Shown here piece after piece: positions 16,891-26,517 of a stretch of 53,859 bases of DNA. Under the pieces are notes generated by a model, which made no database searches, was not told the DNA's origin, and saw only the letters and a program-made list of their open reading frames with translations. How positions within the stretch are numbered: position 1 is the stretch's first letter; the number at the start of each line of letters is the position of its first letter. The DNA comes from a virus. Lineage: Duplodnaviria > Caudoviricetes. Position numbers and translations under genes: made by a program. The DNA lies in the IMG/VR virus record IMGVR_UViG_3300030106_005380, positions 1-53,859 of that record, one strand, 5' to 3'.

Positions 16891-18249
16891 CTCAGTGACT
16901 ACAGTGCTTGCGCCAGCCTCCGCAGGTTGGTAAATATTGCTATATCCTCTCTCATTATTGCCTAAAGCTAGGTTTACCACTGGAAGAGAGTTATTTTGGC
17001 TGTCTCTCACATGGGTCTGGTAAGGTAAAAGATTGGAATTATTTAAATCCGTGGTGCTATTTAAGGAATAGCCAGTATCTCCGCTGTTTAACTTTGTAAT
17101 AGACATTACATTTTCTAGGGGTAAATAGGTCGCCCCTGTATCCAAGCTCAAAGGATCGCCCTTAACAGGATCGGGAACAGTTGTTGTGTAATTACCGTCA
17201 TTTCCGTCTACTGAGAGTCCAGTATAGTTTGAGTCACCATAGGTAAAATGCCCTATTTTAGACCCTGCTAACCCTGTTCGTAGCATATAAGAGTGGGATT
17301 GAGTGTTGGCGGGATAGCTTCCAGTAAAGGTTTTAGCGTTGTGATAATCACCTGTATAATATTGCCCGCCATAAGAGTAAAAATATACCAAAGGCGTTGT
17401 GGGTCTGACGATTCTATCAACTGTGTCGAAGTTACCCTCAGCCTTTATCATGCGTAATGAGGGTTGAGTGGTTACCGCATAACCTCCTGCATTTACATCA
17501 AATGTGCCTCCACCCTTTAAATGCACCCTGTAAGCATTACTTTTAATGACTTCAGGTCCATATCCATTTCCAGAGTGATTGATACTAGCAGCTCCCTCAA
17601 GGACGTTACGATGAAATACCGCAGCCACATTTTCTAGTGGCATATAGTTGTCGCCCATATTGGCATTGCCGTTAGATATTTGAGAGCTGCCAGCGCCTCT
17701 AATTGGGTTAGCGGCTAAAATTAATGGATTCCATGGGTGTTTGTTGCCTGCAAAGTGAAGGCTTGTCATGTGCGAGGCCCGCTGAAAATAACCGCTCTCA
17801 TTGCCAACTCCAGCAGATAGACCCTTATGTCTGCATATAGACCAGACGCTCTGAGTCATAATATCGGTTGGAACATCAGACCCTTTGAAAAATACCCTAT
17901 AAACTGGAAACTTACTGGTTAATGATGCTGAGTTAATAATGTTTGCATCTGCACCTGTTGCACCCGTAAGAGGCGCATAGTAATTAGGTCCATAGGTGTC
18001 TCTAGCATGAGACGGAGTATAAGGAATAGTTTTGTTTTGTACGGCTAGATCTGCAAGGTCTTGGGTTTTTTGCAAAAGTAAGGTTGCTAGTTCAGGTATG
18101 GTGTCTACTACAGTTGATCCATTATCTAAAACAGCTTGTGATGAGCCGTCTGTGTTAGAGCTAGTTACTGTTGAAGAATCATTGCCGGGAAAATTCGTTG
18201 CTCCATCGGATCCCGAACTATTAGCGTTGTTTGGTGAAGAAGGATACAT
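16888..18249 (-). CDS. Virion structural protein (tail/neck, unassigned)
   Basis: 453 aa, rich in S/T/G/N; last gene of the head operon. Confidence 0.6.
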   Translation of the reverse strand: MYPSSPNNANSSGSDGATNFPGNDSSTVTSSNTDGSSQAVLDNGSTVVDTIPELATLLLQKTQDLADLAVQNKTIPYTPSHARDTYGPNYYAPLTGATGADANIINSASLTSKFPVYRVFFKGSDVPTDIMTQSVWSICRHKGLSAGVGNESGYFQRASHMTSLHFAGNKHPWNPLILAANPIRGAGSSQISNGNANMGDNYMPLENVAAVFHRNVLEGAASINHSGNGYGPEVIKSNAYRVHLKGGGTFDVNAGGYAVTTQPSLRMIKAEGNFDTVDRIVRPTTPLVYFYSYGGQYYTGDYHNAKTFTGSYPANTQSHSYMLRTGLAGSKIGHFTYGDSNYTGLSVDGNDGNYTTTVPDPVKGDPLSLDTGATYLPLENVMSITKLNSGDTGYSLNSTTDLNNSNLLPYQTHVRDSQNNSLPVVNLALGNNERGYSNIYQPAEAGASTVVTE

Positions 18250-18252
18250 GGC

Positions 18253-19836
18253 TTACCAAGCCACGCAATAAAGAGGCTGGCTCTCAGATTGTGGCTGAAG
18301 TTCTTTTAAAATTTCCTTAGCTTGCTGATAGTCCTCGTCAATTTGTAAGAGAATGTTTCCGCTTTGCAGTGATCCCTCAGAGGGAAGTACATCAAAGCCT
18401 ATAAACTTTACAAAGTTCTTATAGACAAATGGCAGCAAGACCGTCTCATCATAATCAGCAGGACAACCAGTATCTTTAGCCTGACCTGTATTAGAATATG
18501 TATCTTGGATCACCCATTTCTCAGGCAAGACGGAAGCTGTGAATCTTAATCTAGCTTTCTTTTCTGGAAAGGGGCGTACTCTTAAATAATAGTTCTGACC
18601 GTTCGTAACCTCATTGTGTTCAGCATCTATATAGTAATAACTCGGTGTCCCTTTTTTATCCTGTAACTCGCTAGGCAATTCCCAGCCTGAACCATATTCT
18701 CCGAACCTTTCACTTTGATCTAATCTATCTCGATGAAGTCGGTCAGATTGATCATTGTTCATTAGAGGTGTTAATACACTTTCATCATTTAAGACTACGG
18801 AACCTAGAATCTCAGTCACTTTTGTATTCAACTTCACGGCATCGTAATAAACGGTACAGGTTTTCGTGCCTGATGTTCCCATGTATTCCTCGTGAAAATC
18901 GCCTTGAGTGCCTGTTACATATCCATTATCAAGAGAACTGGTTTTCACCATTGAAAAAGTTCCGCTGCTTGCAGTGATTGTAATATCACTATTGCCTGCG
19001 GAAGTTCCTAATCTTATGTATCTCCTGTAAGTATCAGCTCCACTCGTTGAACCTATTCCGTCTAAGGAGGTGATTTGGGTTACAAAATAACTAGTCCCAA
19101 CAGCCAGTGAACTTGAATTAGCAGGAACCGCATCAACAAATGCCACTGTATCTCCTACCTTTAAAGTGCTTTGCCATGATTCGGGGTCATCTGTGTCATC
19201 TAAAAAGACTGTTTTGGATGTACCTGAATAGACAGCGACAGAAACTGAAGCAGCCTCAACATCGTATTTACAGGTGTTAATCCTCATCACCTCATCACTT
19301 CCATCTATTTCGATTGAGCAACCTTCGGGTAGGGGATCAATAACTTTATGTCCTGCAAAAGAGTCGGTTGCATTCATCGCTATTGGTGTGCCACCGCTTG
19401 TTAAACCTATTCTAAAGCTATTTGCATCTGGTACAGTCACAACATGATAAGTAACGCCAGCGCTAATTACGGGAGGAATGCCAAGTTCATTGAACCTAAT
19501 TTTATCACCAACAGCAAGACCGTGGTTGCTGGATGACAAAGTAGAAGAGGTATTAGTAGAGCCAATACCAATGGAGTCAATTAACCTTAGCTTAGTGTAA
19601 GCCTTGGAGTCCTCTGTAACGTCAACGGTAGCGGTTATGGGCGTTCTTAATAAAGAAGATCGAGTCTGCTTAAAGAAGTCCCGTGGTGCGTAATGAGCTA
19701 TTTCTTGAATAGCAGCATTACAGGATTCTAATATCGACCGTGCCTCTGCATTTATAATGGTATTTCCAGCGCCATCTTTGGCTGGCTCAGAACTGATAAA
19801 ATCCCAAAGTCTTTGTACTACGTCGGCTCTTGTCAT
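18253..19836 (-). CDS. Head-tail adaptor-like protein with beta-rich inserts
   Basis: MTRADVVQRL...NAAIQEIA N-terminus and KGTPSYYY...LRVRPFP C-terminus are typical of podovirus adaptors; internal HGLAVGDKIRF and LKVGDTVAF repeats. Confidence 0.65.
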   Translation of the reverse strand: MTRADVVQRLWDFISSEPAKDGAGNTIINAEARSILESCNAAIQEIAHYAPRDFFKQTRSSLLRTPITATVDVTEDSKAYTKLRLIDSIGIGSTNTSSTLSSSNHGLAVGDKIRFNELGIPPVISAGVTYHVVTVPDANSFRIGLTSGGTPIAMNATDSFAGHKVIDPLPEGCSIEIDGSDEVMRINTCKYDVEAASVSVAVYSGTSKTVFLDDTDDPESWQSTLKVGDTVAFVDAVPANSSSLAVGTSYFVTQITSLDGIGSTSGADTYRRYIRLGTSAGNSDITITASSGTFSMVKTSSLDNGYVTGTQGDFHEEYMGTSGTKTCTVYYDAVKLNTKVTEILGSVVLNDESVLTPLMNNDQSDRLHRDRLDQSERFGEYGSGWELPSELQDKKGTPSYYYIDAEHNEVTNGQNYYLRVRPFPEKKARLRFTASVLPEKWVIQDTYSNTGQAKDTGCPADYDETVLLPFVYKNFVKFIGFDVLPSEGSLQSGNILLQIDEDYQQAKEILKELQPQSESQPLYCVAW

Positions 19837-20327
19837 TCGATATTAAGGCTTGTTGATTTTAATTTCACCGCTCCTAGCTTTTCACGAGCTTCTTCTAACT
19901 GCTTTTCAGCTTCATCAACTTCCTTTTCAACCACCTCTCTAGCTTTTCTCATAGCCTCCTGCTTTTTCTCTTTGGCTATTTTAGCAGCTTCTCTATCTCT
20001 AAGAAGTTTTTCATGCTGTGCAACTGTTACAATTTGCACTTGGAAGACAGTTGCTCTTGCTGATCTTCCCATAACATTGTGGATAAGATCCTCTCTTACC
20101 TTTTCGTATTCTTCCACAGAATCGAATTCTATGATGTGCTTACCCATTACAGGGTCGTAAACGAAAGTGTAAGCGTTGTGTATGCCTTGCCAGTTAATTG
20201 GCTCTCTCTGGTAGCCGTCAATAGATACAATAATCTTAGCTACTTCTAAATTCTTGTCCCTTTGTAAACCAACAGAAACAACTTTTGTTTTCGTGGTTTT
20301 TTTCTTTGTGCTTTTTTTTGAAGTCAT
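19833..20327 (-). CDS. Hypothetical protein
   Basis: 164 aa with a C-terminal coiled coil; follows the MCP. Confidence 0.6.
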   Translation of the reverse strand: MTSKKSTKKKTTKTKVVSVGLQRDKNLEVAKIIVSIDGYQREPINWQGIHNAYTFVYDPVMGKHIIEFDSVEEYEKVREDLIHNVMGRSARATVFQVQIVTVAQHEKLLRDREAAKIAKEKKQEAMRKAREVVEKEVDEAEKQLEEAREKLGAVKLKSTSLNIE

Positions 20328-20350
20328 TCTCTAGTGCCTTTCTTTTTGTA

Positions 20351-20410
20351 TCCCCGATAGTGCCGAGGCAGGAGCAGCCCGAAGACCACCCCCACCATTG
20401 GCACTAGGGA
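20351..20410 (-). other. Long RNA hairpin with cUUCGg loop 3' of the MCP gene
   Basis: UAGUGCC-aau-GGUGGGGGUGGUC-UUCG-GGCUGCUCCUGCC-uc-GGCACUA; 6 G.U pairs in the 13-bp upper stem. Confidence 0.75.
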
Positions 20411-20421
20411 ATTATTTAGGA

Positions 20422-21900
20422 TTAGCTTCCTGTTATTGTTGGAAGACCTGATCCGATTGGGTTGTAAGCGTGTATGCCGAGGACATAGTTACGAACACGA
20501 TCGTTACGATCAGTCCAAACATTGTCACCAAACATAGCCTGATAACCGATTCCTTTACGGAATCCGTAATCATCACTGTCAGTCTTAAGGCTCATCTCCT
20601 CACCGTATGCACGGATAAGAGCGTCAGCACCCATAAGGAGACTGTAAGCAATAGGTTGTCCATGCTTGTTCGCAGGGAAAGCTAATGCACCTGTCTCAAT
20701 AGTGTCGCTAAGTTTTCCTGAGAAAACACCAGCGTTATTATCAACTGTTGTTCCACTTACAGGAGTGTTGTCACTTGGATCAGAACTCAACTTGATTGAG
20801 TTACCGTTGTTGTCACCGTCTCCATAACTGGCAAATGTGAAGGTTCCACTTGGGTTAACAATCAACACATAATAAGTGTTGTTATCATTACTTGCACTTT
20901 GCTCTTCAGTGTACTGGTAATCATAACCAGGAAAGTCAATGAAGTATTTAGGAAGACCAGCACCATCGGCACTAAATTGTCTACCTTTAAGATCAACATT
21001 ATCCGCACCTGTTACTGCTGTATGGATTCTAGCTGCTGGAGCTAATGGAGAACCAATAGGACCATCAACGTCGCCATAAGAAGACCTCATGTTGAGAATC
21101 TTTGTTCCATCATAGTCTTTCATTTGACCATTATGGAGAACATTCTGCTGTCCGTTCGGTGTGTTTGACACCTGATTAAGATATGCAGAAGACCTGAATA
21201 CAGGACGCAATAACTGTGAGTCAGCTAACAAGCAGTAATGGTGAGTGTCTTGGCTGGACTGATATCCGTTATTGGATATTCTTCCCGGTTCGACACCGTT
21301 CCAAGCTGCTGTTGTTACAATGTCAGTGATCCTGTCAGCACTAAGACTGTCAGTAGAAACAAGGTCATTGATAGTATTCTTGTCGTTACCGATAAGAGCC
21401 TGATCAATAGAGTCAGTAAGTTGCTTTGCTGTAGTTCCAGATCCACGAACACCGTCAATTAAACGACGAAGTGCGTCTCTCTGTTTCCACTGACCAAAGT
21501 GGTTACCAAGAACCTCTGCTGAGAGAGACTCCAGTGTATGACCACCAGCCATTTTCTTTTTCAAACTTTCAGTAAGAGCTGTTGCGTGACGCTTGAACTC
21601 AAGTGTGCAGGTAGTACCTGAAAACTTTAAGCTCTCCTCATTACCTTTAAGAATGCCTTCACCAAGCTGACCAAACTCTCCTAACTCAGAAGAGGCAGTA
21701 AACTCGATACGATCGCCCCTACGACCTTTGAGGTCGTTACGGACACTAATAGAAGCTCCCGATCCTTCTGGCCCTTCAAGGGGAGAAAGAACGTCAGCCG
21801 TACTGGCAAAACGCTTGAAAGTTTCCTTCCAAACTTTTGCTCTTGCGTTAGCTACATCAGCAAATGTGGATGTAGCAGTAGTTGGACTTATGTCAGCCAT
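20422..21900 (-). CDS. Major capsid protein (N4 gp56/DUF4043-like)
   Basis: DLKGRRGDRIEF...LG..GQLGEGILKGNEESL and a C-terminal DDYGFRKGIG pattern; follows an acidic scaffold gene. Confidence 0.85.
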   Translation of the reverse strand: MADISPTTATSTFADVANARAKVWKETFKRFASTADVLSPLEGPEGSGASISVRNDLKGRRGDRIEFTASSELGEFGQLGEGILKGNEESLKFSGTTCTLEFKRHATALTESLKKKMAGGHTLESLSAEVLGNHFGQWKQRDALRRLIDGVRGSGTTAKQLTDSIDQALIGNDKNTINDLVSTDSLSADRITDIVTTAAWNGVEPGRISNNGYQSSQDTHHYCLLADSQLLRPVFRSSAYLNQVSNTPNGQQNVLHNGQMKDYDGTKILNMRSSYGDVDGPIGSPLAPAARIHTAVTGADNVDLKGRQFSADGAGLPKYFIDFPGYDYQYTEEQSASNDNNTYYVLIVNPSGTFTFASYGDGDNNGNSIKLSSDPSDNTPVSGTTVDNNAGVFSGKLSDTIETGALAFPANKHGQPIAYSLLMGADALIRAYGEEMSLKTDSDDYGFRKGIGYQAMFGDNVWTDRNDRVRNYVLGIHAYNPIGSGLPTITGS

Positions 21901-21974
21901 TGTCTTTTTATTTTATTTTGGGTTTATGTTGCAGCCCCTAGACAATGACTGAAGGTCAATGCTACAGGCTGTGA

Positions 21975-22934
21975 TTATTCTTCATGCAAACCTCGACCGA
22001 TCTTTTTAAGTAGATCCATGCCTTGGTCAGCAGTCATTTTGGAAAGGTCAACCGTCCCAGCAATATCCATTGGAGGTCCACCGCTTGCAGTTCGGCTTCC
22101 ACTCGTAGGAGTAGCGTTCGTAGGACGACGACGATTACCGAACGGGCTTTCAGGTTGCTCTGCGGGCTGGGCTTTTGAACTGGCGATACCAAGTTCCGCT
22201 GCTGCCACCGCTGCTGCCTGAAACGGCCAATCGGCATTGTGTAGAGATGAGTCATTAGCGGCTTTAAGTGCGTCGTATTTACTTTGTACTAAGTTAAACA
22301 GGTCACTATTCTCGTCCTCTAAATCTGGGTAGAGGTCTAATGCCTTGTCAGCGGCATCGTCCCAACTTCTAGTAAACTGCTGCTGTTCTTCAGCCGAGGC
22401 AGTTTGTTGGGCTTCACGAATGTCCATTTGAGCGTTGATCTTTTGCTCTTGCAAATCAAAGCGCCTTTGCAGTAAGGCGTCGGCTTGCTCAAGCTCACCC
22501 TCAGCTCGCAATTCACCAATCTGTTTATCAAGATCAGTAATTTGCGTATTGATACCCGTAAGAGCTTCCTCTGCGTTGGAAGATGGAGCATCCTGAACTG
22601 GATCCGCCTGAACCTGCTGTTGATTGCCTCCAAGTTGCGACTGCGCTTCTGACAAAGTTATGTTATGCGCTGATGCGTAGGCGACTACCAATCTATCGGC
22701 TTCAGGTAGATTCTTGATCCGTGTTCTACCAGAATCTAGTATGCCTTGTGTACGGGCATCTAATTCACCATTCTCTTCAGGTTCTTCCAAATCTGGCGGA
22801 GTTTCCTCAGATGCTCCCGCATCATAAAGATCAACTGATCCATCTTCGTTAACCTGAATATCTAAATTGCTTCCGACTTCTGCTCCCGCAGAGTCACTGC
22901 TTGTTTCAGCTCCCGCTGATTCTTTACTTAACAT
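21975..22934 (-). CDS. Capsid scaffolding protein
   Basis: Acidic coiled-coil 319-aa ORF immediately upstream of the MCP, with a 'DLSKMT' C-terminal helix. Confidence 0.75.
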   Translation of the reverse strand: MLSKESAGAETSSDSAGAEVGSNLDIQVNEDGSVDLYDAGASEETPPDLEEPEENGELDARTQGILDSGRTRIKNLPEADRLVVAYASAHNITLSEAQSQLGGNQQQVQADPVQDAPSSNAEEALTGINTQITDLDKQIGELRAEGELEQADALLQRRFDLQEQKINAQMDIREAQQTASAEEQQQFTRSWDDAADKALDLYPDLEDENSDLFNLVQSKYDALKAANDSSLHNADWPFQAAAVAAAELGIASSKAQPAEQPESPFGNRRRPTNATPTSGSRTASGGPPMDIAGTVDLSKMTADQGMDLLKKIGRGLHEE

Positions 22935-22989
22935 AAGCTAAATTTAAGGTGGTGCAAACAATGATTCAACCTTTAATTATTGACTCATT

Positions 22990-24777
22990 ATGGAAAAAAC
23001 AGGCACTGAAGAACCTCCTAAGGTTATTACTGACGAAGGAAAGGCAAAATTTGAGCTATCTAGCATTGAAAGTGCATTTAGTGGTCTTGCTAGGATTATC
23101 GACAAACAAGGTCGGATCATTGGTCCTAACCCGACATATTTACAAAAAAAAATATTTGAGACGGTAGAACATTTTCTTAACACGAAGCAGGCTTTGAGGT
23201 TGCTGGTGTTAAAACCCCGTCAAGCAGGATCCTCAACAGCTTTGAACTGGATTGTTTATTGGTGGATGCGAACAAGATTAACAAGAGCGATCTGGGTGAC
23301 TGACACAAATGCAACGAACGCTTATCACCGTAACATGATACAAACCTATGCAGAGTTTGATCCGTTTCCATGGGGGAATGAGTTTGCTTTATTTGATCGT
23401 AGAGCTGAAGCCAGTAACCGATCAGTAAGATATACCTCCTCAGCAGAATCCAAAGCCCCAGGGGTTGGAGGAACATGGACAATTGTTGGCAGTAGTGAGA
23501 CGGCAAAATTTGGTAAACAGGGTGCAGCTAAAGATGCCAGCGTCATCATGCCACAGCTCAAGGCAGGGTTAGCTGATTCTCCAGAAACTTTTGGAGTTGA
23601 TGAGTCAACGCCTGACGGTATCAATTATTTTTCTAAACTGATAACGGGTGATCCTGATGCTGCCAGTGATGGATCGAAAGAGGGAGCCGTGACGCTTGAT
23701 GAATGGAAGGAAGGTAAAAGAGGTAATGGAATGGTAAAAATTGTTACTGGTTGGTACGACGTTCCTGAATATGAAATGAAAATTCATAGTCAAATGGAGT
23801 ATGAGGATATTCTGTCAACACTAAGCATGGAAGAGAAGCGGGTCATGGCAGAACAAGGGGATAAGATTACTGCTGAAAGAATTAAATGGAGAAGAGTTAC
23901 AATCGACAGCAAGCTGGGAGGTTCAGAGGAAATATTCCAACAGGAGTTTCTTGAAAGTGAAGAAAGGTGTTTCCTTGTTTCAGGTTCACCACGTTTCGAT
24001 ATGGAGGGACTCATTCATATTACCAACAATGTTAGAGTTGCTAGACCAAAAAGAAAGAGTGGCAAACTTGTTGAGAGTGATGGCAAAATTATTTTCGAGG
24101 AATGTGAGAAGGAGGACGCAGACTTTCAAACATGGGATGAACAACCAGAGTTTGGTAAGCATTATCTTATAACCGTAGACTCGATGATAGGAAAAGAGGT
24201 CAGCACTGGTAACAGTAAGCAGGACAGAAACTCTGTTCTTTTATGGAGATGTCCATACAAAGACAAGGAGGGGGTCATGCGTCCACTAAAACTGATTGCA
24301 AGAACTATGCCTGATAACCAAGACGATCCAACCGTTGGCTGTGGAAAGACAGGACTTTTAAGCAGGTGGGCAGGGGAATGTATTGTGGTTCTTGAAATAA
24401 ATAACTCAGGGTTAGCTTGGGTAAGCCCATTGAAAGCTGCTGGTGTTAGACTATGGCGGAGGAGAATCTATGATTCAGTCTCTGGAAAAACTCTGAGAAA
24501 AATTGGATGGTCTACAGATCAGAGAAGCCGAGAGGTTATTATAAGCGCTTTAGCTGATGCCGTGAGGGATAAAGAAGAAGGGATTGATATACCGTGCGCT
24601 CAAGTTTCCTCACAATTACAGACCTTTGTAAGAAATAAAACAGGTAAACCTGAAGCCTCAGCAGGGAATCACGATGACGATGTTATTGCTACTGCTCTTG
24701 CCTGCGAATTGCAAAATGAAGGGGATTTGTATGAAGATAAGAAAAAAGCACTTATTGTTGAGTCTGACTATAATTGA
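22990..24777 (+). CDS. terL: Terminase large subunit
   Basis: LLVLKPRQAGSST Walker A variant, ESTPDG, FQQEF, and nuclease motifs ITVD, LEINNSG, HDDDVIA. Confidence 0.93.
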   Translation: MEKTGTEEPPKVITDEGKAKFELSSIESAFSGLARIIDKQGRIIGPNPTYLQKKIFETVEHFLNTKQALRLLVLKPRQAGSSTALNWIVYWWMRTRLTRAIWVTDTNATNAYHRNMIQTYAEFDPFPWGNEFALFDRRAEASNRSVRYTSSAESKAPGVGGTWTIVGSSETAKFGKQGAAKDASVIMPQLKAGLADSPETFGVDESTPDGINYFSKLITGDPDAASDGSKEGAVTLDEWKEGKRGNGMVKIVTGWYDVPEYEMKIHSQMEYEDILSTLSMEEKRVMAEQGDKITAERIKWRRVTIDSKLGGSEEIFQQEFLESEERCFLVSGSPRFDMEGLIHITNNVRVARPKRKSGKLVESDGKIIFEECEKEDADFQTWDEQPEFGKHYLITVDSMIGKEVSTGNSKQDRNSVLLWRCPYKDKEGVMRPLKLIARTMPDNQDDPTVGCGKTGLLSRWAGECIVVLEINNSGLAWVSPLKAAGVRLWRRRIYDSVSGKTLRKIGWSTDQRSREVIISALADAVRDKEEGIDIPCAQVSSQLQTFVRNKTGKPEASAGNHDDDVIATALACELQNEGDLYEDKKKALIVESDYN

Positions 24778-24826
24778 GTCTATCTTAATACTTTGACACT
24801 AGGGATCTAATTTTATTAATGATATT

Positions 24827-25003
24827 ATGAAAAAAGGTCTATATGCAAACATTCATGCCAAGCGTAGGCGAGGTGAACGCATGAGGAAAAAAGGTGAGAA
24901 GGGCGCTCCTTCTGATCAGGATTTTAAAGATGCAGCTAAGACTGCTAAGAAAAGACCACGCAGGCGCAGAGGAAATAAATTTAAAGCTACAATCAGACCC
25001 TAG
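24827..25003 (+). CDS. Small basic phage protein (GLYANIHAKR type, 58 aa)
   Basis: Manual translation MKKGLYANIHAKRRRGERMRKKGEKGAPSDQDFKDAAKTAKKRPRRRRGNKFKATIRP; below the ORF-track cutoff. Confidence 0.8.
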   Translation: MKKGLYANIHAKRRRGERMRKKGEKGAPSDQDFKDAAKTAKKRPRRRRGNKFKATIRP

Positions 25004-25005
25004 TT

Positions 25006-25446
25006 ATGGATACTAAGAAAAAGAAAAAGAAATTTAAGGACATGATGGGACCGCCCTATATCAAAGAACCGATGGGTCCACCCAAGTCACTTAAAAAGTA
25101 CAGCTACGGGTACACTGATAATTTGCCAAGGTATGGATATTTAGGCAGAAATAATCCTAAAGGTTTAGAATCAAAAAGACCTGATCCGTACGAAGGCATG
25201 ACAGAGGAGCCACCTCACCGTGGTGGTGGTGAATATGATTGGGCAAAAGAAGCGAGAGGAATCGATCTTTCTAAAGAGATGAAGGATTTTAAAAAGGAAA
25301 ATAGAGCGATGAAAAAAGGTAAGAGCTTGACTGATGTGCTTCTAGAAAAAGATAAGAAAAAAAAGCGCAAGGCTAAAAGAGCCATGAAGCGTTCGCTTAT
25401 ACCTGCCGAGCCTCGCAACACTCCATATCGAGTTCCTCAAGGCTGA
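25006..25446 (+). CDS. Lys-rich hypothetical protein
   Basis: 146-aa ORF coupled to its neighbours. Confidence 0.6.
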   Translation: MDTKKKKKKFKDMMGPPYIKEPMGPPKSLKKYSYGYTDNLPRYGYLGRNNPKGLESKRPDPYEGMTEEPPHRGGGEYDWAKEARGIDLSKEMKDFKKENRAMKKGKSLTDVLLEKDKKKKRKAKRAMKRSLIPAEPRNTPYRVPQG

Positions 25447-25712
25447 TGAGTTACAAGTCTAAAATGCGACCTCCAAAGAGGAAAGGTGTATCCTTGCGTA
25501 AGGAACACAAGTCTGAGAAGGGTGGGCTTACTAAGAAGGGTCGTGATTATTATAATCGCAAGACGGGATCTAACTTGAAGGCTCCACAGCCACAAGGTGG
25601 TGCTAGGAAAAGAAGTTTCTGTGCAAGAATGTCTGGCGTGAAAGGTCCAATGAAAGATTCTAAAGGCAGACCTACTCGTAAGGCTAAAGCACTGAGGAGA
25701 TGGAAATGTTAA
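25446..25712 (+). CDS. DUF6321-like small basic protein
   Basis: GGLTKKGR.YY...GSNLKAP...RKRSFCARM...ALRRWKC. Confidence 0.8.
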   Translation: MSYKSKMRPPKRKGVSLRKEHKSEKGGLTKKGRDYYNRKTGSNLKAPQPQGGARKRSFCARMSGVKGPMKDSKGRPTRKAKALRRWKC

Positions 25713-25807
25713 TACTTATCGGATCTATATTATATATTCTTTTTTGTATATTAGTTTGCAGATTCTTTGCCGTGTCGAATGGCATACAAAAACGCTCAAA
25801 AAACTAA
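25706..25807 (+). CDS. Possible 33-aa single-TM peptide
   Basis: Manual translation MLILIGSILYILFCILVCRFFAVSNGIQKRSKN; the start overlaps the previous stop region. Confidence 0.35.
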   Translation: MLILIGSILYILFCILVCRFFAVSNGIQKRSKN

Positions 25808-25949
25808 CAGAGTTAGAAAAGTTCAAAACAGCGTCAAATTTTTTTCTTACTTTTTTTTAAGACTGTTATAGCAGTTTCTATTTTTTTATTTCTCTCCAAA
25901 TCGGGTGATTCCTAACAAACTCTAAAAATGAGTTTGGTATATTACCCTC

Positions 25950-26225
25950 ATGAAGAACATAATCTATCTTAAAAATAATAAGACAGGATTGTTCTGGAAG
26001 GCACGACTAATCAAGCGTAGGAAGGCTTACAGAATAACCCACTACACACCAGCAGGCGAAGTGTCTGCTTCAACTAAACAACCATGGGCTTACATGTCTG
26101 AGGCAATGTTCACGGAAACTCTTAAAAGGAACCGTGTACTCAAGAACAAACCAACCAAGGCTCAGATTAATAAAGTCGGTTGGTACGGTAAGAATCCTCC
26201 ATCATGGGTCAAACAAGCAGCATGA
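25950..26225 (+). CDS. Hypothetical basic protein
   Basis: 91-aa ORF. Confidence 0.6.
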   Translation: MKNIIYLKNNKTGLFWKARLIKRRKAYRITHYTPAGEVSASTKQPWAYMSEAMFTETLKRNRVLKNKPTKAQINKVGWYGKNPPSWVKQAA

Positions 26226-26440
26226 AAAACAAAGAATATATTTGGGATCATTTGTTTACTGGTAAAAAGAAAAAAACCAGAAAGCATAAAATCATAAAAG
26301 AGTTAGAGGACAAGGGCTATACAATTGAAAGACATTGTGACGGCTGGTGGGTAAAAGGTGAAGATCCTTTCGAGGATAGTGATTATGAAAGGCTCAAGGA
26401 TATACCAATTCTCCCAACGCAAAACAATATTACTCATTAG
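26222..26440 (+). CDS. Hypothetical protein
   Basis: Likely start ATG 26222 (MKNKEY; ATGA overlap). Confidence 0.55.
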   Translation: MKNKEYIWDHLFTGKKKKTRKHKIIKELEDKGYTIERHCDGWWVKGEDPFEDSDYERLKDIPILPTQNNITH

Positions 26441-26455
26441 TCATTACACATACAA

Positions 26456-26503
26456 AGAGTCTTTAATATAAACATTGACTCATGTTTTAACATGTGTCAT
26501 AAT
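26456..26503 (+). promoter_or_regulatory. Sigma70-like promoter with GAGTC-N15-GACTCA site
   Basis: TTGACT-catgttttaacatgtgt(17)-CATAAT; the dyad's right half is the -35 box. Confidence 0.8.
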
Positions 26504-26517
26504 CGTATTACTCAAAC

